A program made the translations under genes and the position numbers. Shown here one piece after another: positions 1 through 11,684 of a DNA stretch of 64,000 nucleotides. This DNA is from Euprymna scolopes (taxonomy: Eukaryota). The stretch lies in assembly GCA_053919585.1 (NCBI GenBank), contig CM132798.1. One strand, 5' to 3'. The notes under the pieces are model-generated. The model worked only from the letters and a program-made list of their open reading frames with translations. It searched no databases and was not told the DNA's origin. Each line of letters starts with the position of its first letter. Positions within the stretch are counted from its first letter, which is position 1.

Positions 1-329
1 AACGACGACGACGAAATATCCATCATATGAAGATGAAGAATAATCATTCCCTCAAATTTATAAACTAAATGAGGACAATAAATCCCCGTTGATGAGGACA
101 AGTGTATTAATAATGATGACAGTGGTGTTGCTTCTGTTATAGTCGATAATTCATAAGAACATTATCGCAAAAAAGTAGAAGACAACCCAATTTTATCTGG
201 GCGAAAATTTAGAAGATTATTAAGTTGAATTCTACTATTTCATGGATAATACGCCATAAAACTTTAACGAAACAATTAATTCGGAACATTGTCATCAATA
301 AACAAATATTACTGAAAAGCTAAATATAT

Positions 330-588
330 GCGTTAACAGAAAGTAATACTTATTCGGTAGTGCTTCTCCCAAATGATAAACGTGTTATTTTTTTCTCGAT
401 GGATCTTTACAAAAATAAAAACAGCTACAGGCGGTTAATTGTATAAGGCTATATTTGTTACTAAAGGATACTCTCAGATTTACGGTATAGACTGTTTTTT
501 TGCGTTTTTACCGACGACAATTATAACCACAATAAGAATCGTATTACATATCGCATCGCATTATAACATTAACATCTATCAAACAAAA
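330..588 (+). mobile_element. Ty1/Copia reverse transcriptase remnant
   Basis: Translation YKAIFVTKGYSQIYGID..F.P....TIRIVLHIASHYNINIYQ matches the Copia RT motif YKARLVAKGYSQ..GIDY.ETFAP; truncated at about 588. Confidence 0.8.
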
Positions 589-1092
589 GGTACTGGCCCA
601 GTTTCTGGTCCATCACCTGCCGGGATGATTGTCAAGAACGGATTCTTGACTTGTACCTCGACCCAAGTCTCTAAGCGTCCGAAGTAGCAAAGAGACTCAT
701 CCCAACCTTATATAATGGGGGTGTGCTTCCTCAATGTATTGCGATTCTATTAAAAATATTACGTTGCTATCTACCAATAAGAAACCAGAATGTCAGAATA
801 AATTTTAATCTTCTTAGCATCCTAGCGAATAGTGCTTACTAGTAAACTCGAGCAGCAAAATTATAAACTCCAGCACCTGTACAGGACAGCTGCCTATTGA
901 GAATTTCTATCTCTAGAGAATAACTACCCATCGGAAACTCTTCTGAAATTAAACATGGCTTCCAAACAAAACATTTATTTGACTATTTCTTTCTTGTACG
1001 CTCTTTATCTGTTTTTTCAATGAAGAAATAGAAATTAAATTGTATTATTCTAAAAGGTTACGTGCTGGTGTACGTCAAAAACAGAGGAATAG

Positions 1093-2480
1093 TTGTTATT
1101 ACAGCGAAGCCCTCGGCGACGAAGGCATGTGGTCAGCAAATATGCTCTTCAATTATAAAATAAGATAATCACATTTCCTTTATTCACTGTATTTTACAAT
1201 CGTTAATTTTCAGCAACAGAAACTCGATCTTTGCCATGAGGAATACCTGTCATTAATGCCGCAATGAAGACAAGAAGATGGCAAGAAATGCCGGCCGATA
1301 ATATCCAATGCGATACCGACCCCATTTATGTAAGAGATGTGCCTATCGTTTGACCGTGTCTGATACTTGCAAAGCTTGTTGCCGTATAGGGGTGAAATAG
1401 CGTTCCCAGAACGTGGGCAAGACACGGACAAATCCAGAAACCCGTTCCGGAAAAACGATCGCATCATAATTGGTGCCTTAAAACTAGGAAACACCCTGAG
1501 GAAAAATAATCCCCTGAAACAGATTAAATGAGGAAACTTAACTTAAGAACAACCACATCAACAAAGTATTAATAGAGGGAAAAGAAAACACCATAAAACT
1601 CCAGAAAAGCTTACGTATGTGGCTGCTTCCTCTGTCCTGGTTGCTTCTTCTGCAAACTAATTTATTTTAATAATCTGTAAACATTTTGTGGGTAGAATTT
1701 TTTCCTAAATATATGTTTGACAAAATGTCTATTAATAACCAATCTCGATTTAAGACAGTCCTGACAGGTGGATCGAAGATCATAATATTTACTGAAAAAA
1801 TGAACAATTTTACTACATGGCTAGCAGCTCTGAAAATGAAAATGCGGATCTACCAGCTAACAGAACTACTAAACTTAGCATACGTTTATGGACGGTCTAA
1901 AATCGAGAATAATCAGAGAATGTATCGATGATCATAGAAACTGCACCAGTATGGATCTGTTGGATAAGATAACCCGGTACATCGAGTTACAAATTCTGAT
2001 CGGGCTCTAATAAGAATAAAAGATGGAGGAAAGATACTCGAAGATTTAGCAAATAGGGTGAACGGACTTGCTTAATTAGCCTATAGGAGCGCAGAGATGG
2101 GGGAAGGTTCAGCATTTCAAGTACATTTAGCTAAATTCTTCTTAGATGTGTTAAGAAACCCCTTTAACCAGTAAAATCAAATCCGGCAACTTTATCGGAC
2201 AACCTGTCTGCTGCGTGGCAAAACGAAATGCAGTATTATCGAAGTGGCCACATAAAAAAGCAGGTTATCGTAAATGATAGCTCATTATATAACGTTAACA
2301 GCAGCAGAGACCAAGGGGCGCCCCAAGTTGATTTAGCGTACCCGAAACTGAGCATTACAACAGATGTAATGCGGTAAGAGGTACGTTATGCATTTATCTT
2401 TCAGCAAGACTCCAATGAAAATGTTCTAGCCATGATAGTCTCGATCAGGCAACAATATCTTAGACATTTTCTACGATTTC
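1093..2480 (+). mobile_element. Possible decayed LTR (about 1093-1683) followed by a gag-like remnant
   Basis: TGTTATTACAG...CTGTAAACA termini, followed by ORF 1686-1931 with a gag-like F..W segment; heavily degraded. Confidence 0.3.
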
Positions 2481-3428
2481 CCTTATGTTAGTATTGAGAT
2501 AGAAATAAATAAAATATTTTAGATGTAAGGTTTAGTATAATTATGTCTTGATGTTTGTTTGCCTGCACAATAGTGCTGTAAAAGTTTTCCGTCATGAAAT
2601 ATTTTCATCAATGTGGACTGATTAACCTTTAATTTTGAGTGGTCTCAGGGGTTTTGCTGAATACTTGCCACAAGAGGCAACGAAAAGTATATGTGTGAAG
2701 CAAAAGAGAGAGAATAATTCTTGTGGAGATTACAAAGGAAACATTTTTTTTATCTTGTTCATACTGAAAAATATCTATCCCCCAAATTATTCACGGATTA
2801 CATAAATAAATAAATTATCTTCTTTCCACTGTATTATTTTCTTGCGGTAAGTCCTTTCATCCATACGCTCCTCCATACGCAAATATGTTTCCATTTCTGG
2901 AATCGGTAGATGCAGATCATCTTGTTACGAGTAACGCGTTTAAGTATGCGTTTTATTACACGGATTATAACCGTACGCATTTATCTTTGTCGGTTGTCCT
3001 TTCAAACACCGATCGTTCTATTAAGATATAGGATATAAATGTGTTGTAACACAAGTATTCACTTTCTAAATAGAAACGACATATCAGTTTCAAATAGAAA
3101 ACCCTGTTTTATGTTGCCAAATATTTTAGATGAATGTTGTTCATGTTTATTAATTTGATAATTCGGACAATTGCTATTATTCATAGCATAATTCGCTTCA
3201 AGGCTCGATCTTTTGTTTCTGTATCTTATCAAAAGCAGAAATTATTCTGTCGAACTGGGAGATATGTACGTCATAAGGAACCGACCTTCTTATTTAATCA
3301 AACAGAATATTGTGCCCCCGTTCCGTCCACCATCATCTGATAAACGTCTTTAGTTATTCACAGTCGGATAATATATATCGCTTGAAGTAAGGTTTCGTTG
3401 CCTAATTTATAAATACCTATTAAAAAAT

Positions 3429-3810
3429 TGTAACGTGCATCCAGGAGATAAGCGCCCGCGTGTTTGCGTGTTGTGTGGGTACGTGAGAGAGACGGATGAG
3501 GGGAAAAAGACTTACCTCGAGACCAGCTCAGCGTTACCGACCAAAAATAGAAAAGAGGGACCAAGATGGCGACCGCCGTCTTTTGTAAAGTATGATGTCT
3601 CGCAAAGTCACACGAATTCTCGGAATATGCAAATTTAGCCGGCCTAGAACGACGATAAAAGCGGGTGAGGGGAAAGACGTGGGGAATGACGATTGAGTTG
3701 GCGGGGGAATCGTGTGGCTGTTGCTTCTTGTGCCGTGTTGAGGATATCTTACCGTGTTAAAGAGAGAGTCGGGCGCCATCTTTAATTTTTCCTTACATTT
3801 TTTTCTTACA
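3429..3810 (+). repeat. 5' LTR (382 bp)
   Basis: TGTAAC...CTTACA; only a handful of differences from 5637-6019. Confidence 0.95.
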
Positions 3811-3822
3811 AGCTATTTCGGC
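3811..3822 (+). promoter_or_regulatory. Putative primer-binding site AGCTATTTCGGC
   Basis: Immediately 3' of the LTR; reverse complement GCCGAAATAGCT equals nt 1-12 of metazoan tRNA-Phe(GAA). Confidence 0.65.
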
Positions 3823-4002
3823 AGCACTGAGTTGCTGATATACACTCAAGGCACCCCCAGTCAATCTCAGGGTAATTACAGTGTGTACCCTTTTCACCTC
3901 ACAAAGGTCGCACGTCAGCTCGACCCTTTCAACCCAGTCGACGATGGACGTGGACCCGTCAAACACGGGTATGAGCTTTAAGTCAAATTTCGACTTGGTC
4001 AT
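3816..4002 (-). pseudogene. Inverted, truncated gag N-terminus
   Basis: MTKSKFDLKLIPVFDGSTSIVDWVERVELTCDLC...LRLTGGALSVYQQLS is a typical Gypsy gag start; it follows the inverted LTR and PBS. Confidence 0.8.
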
Positions 4003-4032
4003 AGTCCTAGAGGCCAAATGGCCGAGATAGCT

Positions 4033-4353
4033 TGTAAGAAAAAAAATGTCACACTTAAAACAGCGCACACGATTCCCCCGCCAACTCAATCGTCACTCCC
4101 CACGTCTTTCTCCTCACCCGCTTTTATCGTCGTTCTAGGCCGGCTAAATTTGCATATTCCGAGAATTCGTGTGACTTTGCGAGACATCATACTTTACAAA
4201 AGACGGCGGTCGCCATCTTGGTCCCTCTTTTCTATTTTTGGTCGGTAACGCTGAGCTGGTCTCGAGGTAAGTCTTTTTCCCCTCATCCGTCTCTCCCACG
4301 TACCCACACAACACGCAAACACGCGGGCGCTTATCTCCTGGATGCACGTTACA
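4033..4353 (-). repeat. Third, inverted LTR (321 bp, internal deletion near its 3' end)
   Basis: Reverse complement of 5637-6019 with about 60 nt lost; flanked by its own purine tract (4354-4362) and PBS (4021-4032). Confidence 0.93.
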
Positions 4354-4559
4354 CTCCCCCCTGATCTGATGATCACATAGAGAGCACTGGGGGGGTCTTT
4401 TAGTGCGTGTGCTTCTGCGAAGAGGTACATTCACTGTTTCAGATTCGGGCTCTGGATCTGGTTCCGCCTCATCAGATGAAGTATCGCTATCAGTCTCTGG
4501 AAGGGGCTCACTGAATCCGTGCATCGGCAGCTCATCGCTAGACGCTTCACTGCTTTCTT

Positions 4560-5617
4560 GTGCAGTTGCAATCGACCCATGTCAAATACAAAAAATTCAT
4601 GCACAGAGCGGACATCCGGGTATCAAGAGGACCCTTTATTTTGTGAGGCGTGCATACCCAGCAGTGACCAAGATGGATGTCAGACAGATCGTCAGAAATT
4701 GTGAGGCTTGCCAGTCTATTGATCCTGCACCAGAGCGATGGCAGAAGGGTCGCTTGGAAGTTGAGAGTGTGTGGCAGCGGCTGGCCATGGATATTACCCA
4801 TTACAGTGGCAAGCCCTTTCTAACTCTCATTGATTGCGGGCCTACGAGATTTGCGGTGTGGCGGCAGATGACCAGACAGGATTCAGCAAATGTTGTTCGC
4901 CACCTATCATCCATTTCTTTTGAGCGAGGTGCGCCGGAAGAGCTCCTGACTGACAATGATGCAGCGTTTTGTAGCCAGCAAGTCCGGCAGTTGTTAGATG
5001 AGTGGGGCGTCCGTCTACGGTTGCGATGTGCGCATGTGCCATCAGGAAATGGCATTGCTGAAAGAAGCCATCGCAGCATCAAGAGAATTGCTGCCAGAAA
5101 GCGATGTACTATTGCGGAAGCAACATATTGGTACAACATTACGCCAAAGGACGGGACGTCCCCTTCAACCGCACCTGCGAATGCTATTTACACGTACCGA
5201 GTCGGAGTGAAGGGAATCAACACTACGCAGCCAACCGACAAGGGAACATATAACAGATATGAAGTGGGAGATCCAGTGTGGGTGCGGCCTCCAGGAAATC
5301 GGTGCACCGCCAAGTTTAAGCGAGGACACATATCTGGAGTGATTAGCCAGCAGTCTGTTTTGGTCGATGGAACCCCACGACATGTGCGAGATCTTCGCCC
5401 AGCTACCGAGGTGCGTCATACAACTACAGAAGAAAGCAGTGAAGCGTCTAGCGATGAGCTGCCGATGCACGGATTCAGTGAGCCCCTTCCAGAGACTGAT
5501 AGCGATACTTCATCTGATGAGGCGGAACCAGATCCAGAGCCCGAATCTGAAACAGTGAATGTACCTCTTCGCAGAAGCACACGCACTAAAAGACCCCCCC
5601 CAGTGCTCTCTATGTGA
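4560..5617 (+). CDS. Gypsy integrase domain (HHCC zinc finger, DDE core, GPY/F-like region); 5'-truncated
   Basis: H..SGHPG...CEAC; LAMDITH, LLTDND, NGIAERSH; YEVGDPVWVR; C-terminal PLRRSTR. The first ~52 aa of ORF 4403-5617 come from the inverted segment. Confidence 0.92.
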
Positions 5618-5636
5618 TCATCAGATCAGGGGGGAG

Positions 5637-6019
5637 TGTAACGTGCATCCAGGAGATAAGCGCCCGCGTGTTTGCGTGTTGTGTGGGTACGTGGGAGAGA
5701 CGGATGAGGGGAAAAAGACTTACCTCGAGACCAGCTCAGCGTTACCGACCAAAAATAGAAAAGAGGGACCAAGATGGCGACCGCCGTCTTTTGTAAAGTA
5801 TGATGTCTCGCAAAGTCACACGAATTCTCGGAATATGCAAATTTAGCCGGCCTAGAACGACGATAAAAGCGGGTGAGGGGAAAGACGTGGGGAGTGACGA
5901 TTGAGTTGGCGGGGGAATCGTGTGGCTGTTGCTTCTTGTGCCGTGTTGAGGATATCTTACCGTGTTAAAGAGAGAGTCGGGCGCCATCTTTAATTTAACC
6001 TTACATTTTTTTTCTTACA
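5637..6019 (+). repeat. 3' LTR (383 bp) preceded by polypurine tract 5628-5636
   Basis: Direct repeat of 3429-3810. Confidence 0.95.
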
Positions 6020-7186
6020 AAAATCTCAGTTGCACATTTTTGAAGTTTGATAATCTATCTTAAGGGTGGATTATACTAAGAAGACAACTCCTAATAAATT
6101 GGCATATGAGGGAATATCCAAATACATTTTTCAAGGTTCCTTGTTAAATAGTAAATCATGTTTACTCGCGTTCTGATGATTGATTAATTGTAATCCCAAA
6201 GCCACAGATACTCAACGAAGAATGAACAGCATTTTAATATAAGAATCCAAACAAATCGACTAAGGAGGTGTGTTAATCGATATTGATTCGAACTGCACCA
6301 ATTCAATCAAAGTTTGAAATAACCCTATTTCCAGACAGGCAAGAATCTCTTCATTTTTAATCTCTGTATAACTGAAGAGGAACACGGCTGAACTTCATGG
6401 TTTCCTCAATAGGTTTTATATTATCTAAACCAGAACAGCTTGTATATTATTATATGTTGCGTAAAATAAAGATGTATTATCTAACGTTTGCATAATATTT
6501 CAAACCATAGGATTAGAAGTCATTAATTATGTCAAATCATTATAAAACTATAGAATACTCCCAGTATAAGTACACTCTCTATCAGCTTCGATTTATCAAT
6601 ATCATTATAAAATACGTGAAAAAATTAACGTAAACCCCAAGTAATGTAACTTATATAGGAGCAGTAACAGGTTAGTATTGATTTACCAATGAATATAGTT
6701 TACGATATGCAGTGTCGCAGTGCAGATAATTTGATGAAATCTTAGCACCAAAAGTAAATTGGTTGCTATCCAAAAGTAGCATCATGTTGTGCATGTTTTT
6801 ATGCGACCGAATGAGCTTATTCAATTTAACATTCGGCCAATATTTTAAAGGTCTGTTACAGTTGCCAAAATACACAAAATACGAATACTAAATCACGGAA
6901 AAATAAAATGAAGCAGATGAATAAATAACCAACAGCTAAATACTTATTCTTGGAAAAAAAAACATTGAATGCGTTAATCGAGACGATTTATTCATTGCGC
7001 AATATTATAACGAGAATAAATTATCTGCATAATTTTCCATGGATACATAGCTTCTTCTGTAATTTTATCAATATTTAAAAAATAAATTTAATTAAAACAT
7101 AATCAATTAGTGAAAATCACTTTATATGTGCACATAGTCGGGTTAATAATAGCGAGTCTTAAAAATAAACTCTTCTCGTGTAATAT

Positions 7187-7318
7187 NNNNNNNNNNNNNN
7201 NNNNNNNNNNNNNNNNNNNNNNNNNNNNNNNNNNNNNNNNNNNNNNNNNNNNNNNNNNNNNNNNNNNNNNNNNNNNNNNNNNNNNNNNNNNNNNNNNNNN
7301 NNNNNNNNNNNNNNNNNN
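7187..7318. other. Assembly gap/masked run (others at 16700-16891, 18286-18482, 47997-48171, 52357-52513, 52892-53020, 61539-61674)
   Basis: Runs of N. Confidence 1.
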
Positions 7319-7554
7319 AATAAAAATTACAATTAAATTTACCAAAATGATCCAAGATGATTAAACCAAAGTATATTATAGATATTAAATAATTAATATT
7401 TATAAAGTAATCTCAACCAGATGTAAAATCTCGATAAAACCAAGTAGAAGATATAACATATAATAAGAGCAAATAGTTAATAAAACACGTTAAAAACACT
7501 TTGAAAAGAGTTCAAAACATTTTTTATCTGAAAAGAAAACACTTAATAAATGGA

Positions 7555-7606
7555 TAGTCCTTAATCCGCGGAGTTTCGAAGAAATACTTTCCCTCTCATC
7601 AGAGTA
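7555..7606 (-). ncRNA. Decayed type I hammerhead ribozyme
   Basis: CTGATGA-GAGGGA/TTCTTC stem II-GAAA-CTCC GC GGA; mismatches in stems I and III. Confidence 0.5.
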
Positions 7607-8039
7607 TAGGTAATTAGCAAAATGCGTGATCGGATTTTGCATACAAAAGTATTTGATGAAACTGCAAGTAGGTCAAAGATCTTACTTGATAACAAAAAGT
7701 GAAGCAGAGGGGATATGGTGAAGAAAAAAGTGATTTCACGTTAATGGATTGTCAGATGAAAGGAAAAGTATCCAATGATGGTAAAATCCAAAAATGTAAG
7801 TCCTGGAAAGTGTATGAAATTTTCCATTCTCACTAGTAAATCCAAGGAAATCGCGTAAACGGAAGATTGTCCAAAATAACCAAAAAGGCCGATAAGTGCT
7901 CTCGGTAGCCGTGTAAAAATCATATCTTATTTTTCGATTAATATTATTGGAATTTTTTCCATTTTCCTTGTACATGTTTGTGAATTATTCCACAGATTTC
8001 GCCCTCTTGGATTGTATTGCTTTAACATTTTGGCTGATG

Positions 8040-8940
8040 CATCTGCTATTTGTCTCTACCATCTTGTCAGGGTTCAAAGAATGCCGACGCCCTCATAGAC
8101 CCCGAACAGTCAGCTAGGCTTCAATCTGTGTCTCATTAACGAAATCACTCATACCCCAGCCCTTTTACAAAAATGTTAATACTAAGTGATCCGACGAACT
8201 CTACGCTCTTGTACCCCTTGCGATGTAAATACTCTAGACACTCTCGAAAAGCAGCAAACTCCCAACAGTTCACAGCTGCTAAACTTCTGCTCGACCATCA
8301 CTAAGGGTTTAAGGAAGCCCTTTTCTAGTACTGATATTTAAATTACAATCTCTGAAAGTATATACCATGCTTTGGATAAAGCAGGAAGGCTATGGCAGCA
8401 TCCCTGGATATATCTAACACTTTTGTCAGTGTATGATAGGATGGTATTCTGCGAAAATCAAATACTATGGTATAACTGGACGAATACTTAATATGATGAC
8501 CTCCTTCTTAAATCAAAAGGATCAAGGTTGTCCTAGACCGTCCTACGTCAAAATTATATGATGAAATTTCGGGTGGACCTCAAGGGTCTATCATTTGTCA
8601 TTTATAATTTCTGATATTTATAAATAACCGGTAGGATATATAATATATATATTATAAACTGTCTGTAGGATGGGATGGGAGACTCCGATCAATAACAGAC
8701 AGGAGGGAAATACTTATGAACACGTATCAAAGGCAATGTCGGAAAACCGAGAGGAAGACCTCCAGTTAGTAATGTAACGGGTAGAAAACTGATGGTAACG
8801 TTCGATTCTGTCAAGACAAAGTGTCTTAATAAAAACAGAACCCCCTGCTCAACCACTAATAGCCATGACTAATGATATTTTACCGTACCGTATTTCGTTC
8901 AAACCTCTCGACTTTCCGTTCACGGAAACATGAGTTAGAA
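8040..8940 (+). mobile_element. CR1-like LINE RT remnant
   Basis: SLDISNTFVSV (LDISKAFDRVW), YGITG, IKVVLD, SGGPQGSII..FLIFIN motifs with stops and frameshifts. Confidence 0.75.
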
Positions 8941-8984
8941 CATAGTAATTGTCTGTATTTTTGAGATGAGGTGTTTTCATTCAT

Positions 8985-9290
8985 TGATATTGTCGAACTG
9001 ACTTCCTAATCTTGGTTGTTATAGTCACAACGTTTCGGCCGTTTTGCCCTCCGGCCTTGACAGGTGTTTTGTATCGAACTAGGGAACCGTTTGTTAGAAG
9101 TCTCGAACACAACACTTTATCATTATTACGGGGGTACCGTGTTCGGACTCCAGCTAGGCTCTGGGACATAGTTGCTGATTCTCTGTTTTTAATGTTACTT
9201 CTCACTGCCTTCGTTCAGGATTGAACTCAGCAACTTTGGGTAACTGTAAACTTCGATACAACGTCTAGGACCACTCGGCAATATGTCACT
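8985..9290 (-). mobile_element. tRNA-derived SINE with a degenerate hammerhead-like 3' region
   Basis: A box TTGCCGAGTGG (9271-9281), B box GAGTTCAATCC (9218-9228); CAC-CTGTCAA-GGCCG..CGGCC-GAAACGTT-GTG at 9026-9066. Confidence 0.65.
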
Positions 9291-9389
9291 AGGACGAAGA
9301 TAAGCAAGGACAAATATTTAATTTTCATCATTCTTTTACAAAATACACGCGACATTATTTTTCGGACATCGTTGAAAACTGTTTATAGT

Positions 9390-10350
9390 CTGTAATATCA
9401 CCTTTCTTCTCCATAACATTTATCAATCTCTCTTCATAATGAACAAACATATCCACAATATCATCTCTACGTGTTTTTATTAGTTGTTTTTGTCATCTAG
9501 TATTCGTTTCAATAGTTGCACCTCTTTCGTTATTGCACGCCCATCATATGCAAGTTGCACAAGCATTTCCTAAACATTTTCCATTAAATCTAGGTCTGGG
9601 CTTTTTGTAGGTCATTTCAAAGTAGTCATATTCACTTTAGACATCCATTTTTTCATGAGTTTTGACACATGGACCCTGCAATTGTCTTGCTGTAGAACGA
9701 AATTATTCCCCAATCTCCCTTCTTATCCTTGGTAAAGCTTTCTCCTCCAGCAACTGTTTGTAGCCTTCGCTTTTCTGTTGCCCTTTTAGCCCCACTAACC
9801 ATACATTTACATTAGCAAAGATCATACCCCAAACTATAACTCCTCCTCCCATATCTCGTTTTTTCAGTACAACAGGCTCACCTTTCCCGACCAAGTACGC
9901 CATCAATCGAGTCTATCAAACTTAAAACGCTTATCATCAGTAAATATAACTTTCTTAATGTCAACATGCTTTGTTAATCATCTTTTAGCATTCTCCAGTC
10001 TTGCTCCTTTGTGTTGCTTTGTTAGTATTTTCTTAGCCTTTGTATACTTAAAACAAAACCTATGCATCATTCTTTGTACTATTCGAATGTTTACCTCAAA
10101 TACACATCTCCCCTTCACTTTTCTTGCTGTAACTTTTTTCTAGATGTCAAAAGCTGTGTCACACTCCTCTTCATTCTCCTGTCAGTCCTCCTTCCAATTG
10201 ATCAGTTTTACCCTCTCTTCTTTTCCGCTCGCAGTTTTTATTCAGCATGCATTCGCCCGTTGATATCGACAGGTTCAAATCCATAGTGATTTTCCTGATG
10301 CTGAGCCCATCTCTCCGCTTCCTTCCTGCGAAACAAACGACTTCTTTTGA
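9390..10350 (-). mobile_element. Tc1-like transposase remnant
   Basis: VIFTDDKRF, GGGVIVWG, FVLQQDNCRVH and KSPDLDLMENV motifs, disrupted. Confidence 0.85.
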
Positions 10351-10639
10351 ATGCATTTGACTTCATGAAACTTAATTGTTTGGCAGTAGAATAGAACAGA
10401 TAATTGATTATAATAATTACGGCTAAGTGTATAATCAGTTAATTTGCATGCAGCAACATATGCATGAGCATAGTTCTTAATAAAGTAGGATATGTAGTCA
10501 TGTTTGAAAAATAATATCGCGCAAGTTTTCGCAAAAATCACAAGAAACTAAAATTATCAAAATCAAACTAAAAACATGATTAGACTTGTAGTGGATATTC
10601 ACTCCTAAACTACGTACTTACAATCTCAAAAGTCTTTGG

Positions 10640-11450
10640 CGCTAGTAACTACCTTGAAGTACTTTTTTCAAAGTGTCTGAAAAATATTGTTGCACCTATA
10701 TGAACTCCTGGAAACTAAAAGACAACAAATTGTTGCGCCTTCCAACTGTAAGGAAGAGTTTTTGGCACTTACACATCTCACCGCAATGTTTTCCCTCAAA
10801 GTAATTTTTCCATGAAAAAGAATAAAATTATCTGCTAGCTATATTAAATGCATTGAATTTTGTTGACGATTATCTATTTTTGATTATGGTTTATTACCTT
10901 AAAAAAAAACCGACACTATCTTCGCCACTAAAAAATATTTTGATGGTATCACCCCGTACGGCTTGGTAAATGTATTCGCTCAGACAATGTGACTGAATTT
11001 ACTAGTAAAGACTTTGAACTTCTATCAATTAACTCTTGTATTAAACACGAGGATTAAGCTCCGTATTCCTCATTACAGAATGGCACCGTTGAAAGAGTAT
11101 GGCTGACCCTTTTCCAGATTGCATATTGTGTACTTATCGAATCAAAATAAGCCCAGCGTTTATGGGCGTACGCTTTAATGATAACAGCATGTATCAGAAA
11201 TATATTGTTCAATAGCAAATTAGGCAAAACCCCGTATGAAGCGTTTTGCAATGTAAAAACAACATTGCATACATTTGGTTCAAAGTGCTTTGCATTTATA
11301 GAAAATACCCGTATAATAAGTATTAAAAGCGAAATAGGTATTTTCGTTGATTACGATAAAAGCAGTCACACATATTTAATCTACTTTCCAAAACAAAATG
11401 TCAATAAAGGTTAGATGTGTACAATTCAATGATACATTGAATTAAAAAAA
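10640..11450 (+). mobile_element. Ty1/Copia integrase remnant
   Basis: RSDNVTEF, APYSSLQNGTVER, WAYAL...CIRN, KTPYEAF, LHTFGSKCF, GIFVDYD. Confidence 0.85.
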
Positions 11451-11684
11451 ATTACGAACCAGTGGACAAAACAACAAAAAAAACTTGAGAAAATACTACC
11501 TATTATTTTAATCGATCACTACGAAAATTACCATACTGACGACAATTACAGTGAACCTACTGACGTAAATATTAACCTGGCACGTCGATTCCTCGATAAG
11601 TGAGCAAAAAAGGCCAGTCATCTTAAAACTTGAAAAGATACAATACTGCGCAATGGAAGCCTTCTGGGCACATTACCTCTTAAG

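Larger units (their letters stand above)
3429..6019 (+). mobile_element. Rearranged, non-autonomous Ty3/Gypsy (Mag-like) LTR retroelement
   Basis: Near-identical TG...CA LTRs at 3429-3810 and 5637-6019; TSD AAAAT at 3424-3428 and 6020-6024; purine tract before the 3' LTR; integrase present; no protease/RT/RNase H. Confidence 0.95.
2800..6450 (-). mobile_element. Degraded LINE (RTE-like) remnant interrupted by the LTR element
   Basis: Weak RT and C-terminal-like fragments on the minus strand (SAFDKI; MEERMDERTYRKKIIQW) flanking the 3429-6019 insertion. Confidence 0.3.

Noticed and set aside
4403-4559. Ser-rich N-terminus of the 404-aa ORF
   Set aside because: Antisense read-through of the inverted integrase tail, not a real domain.
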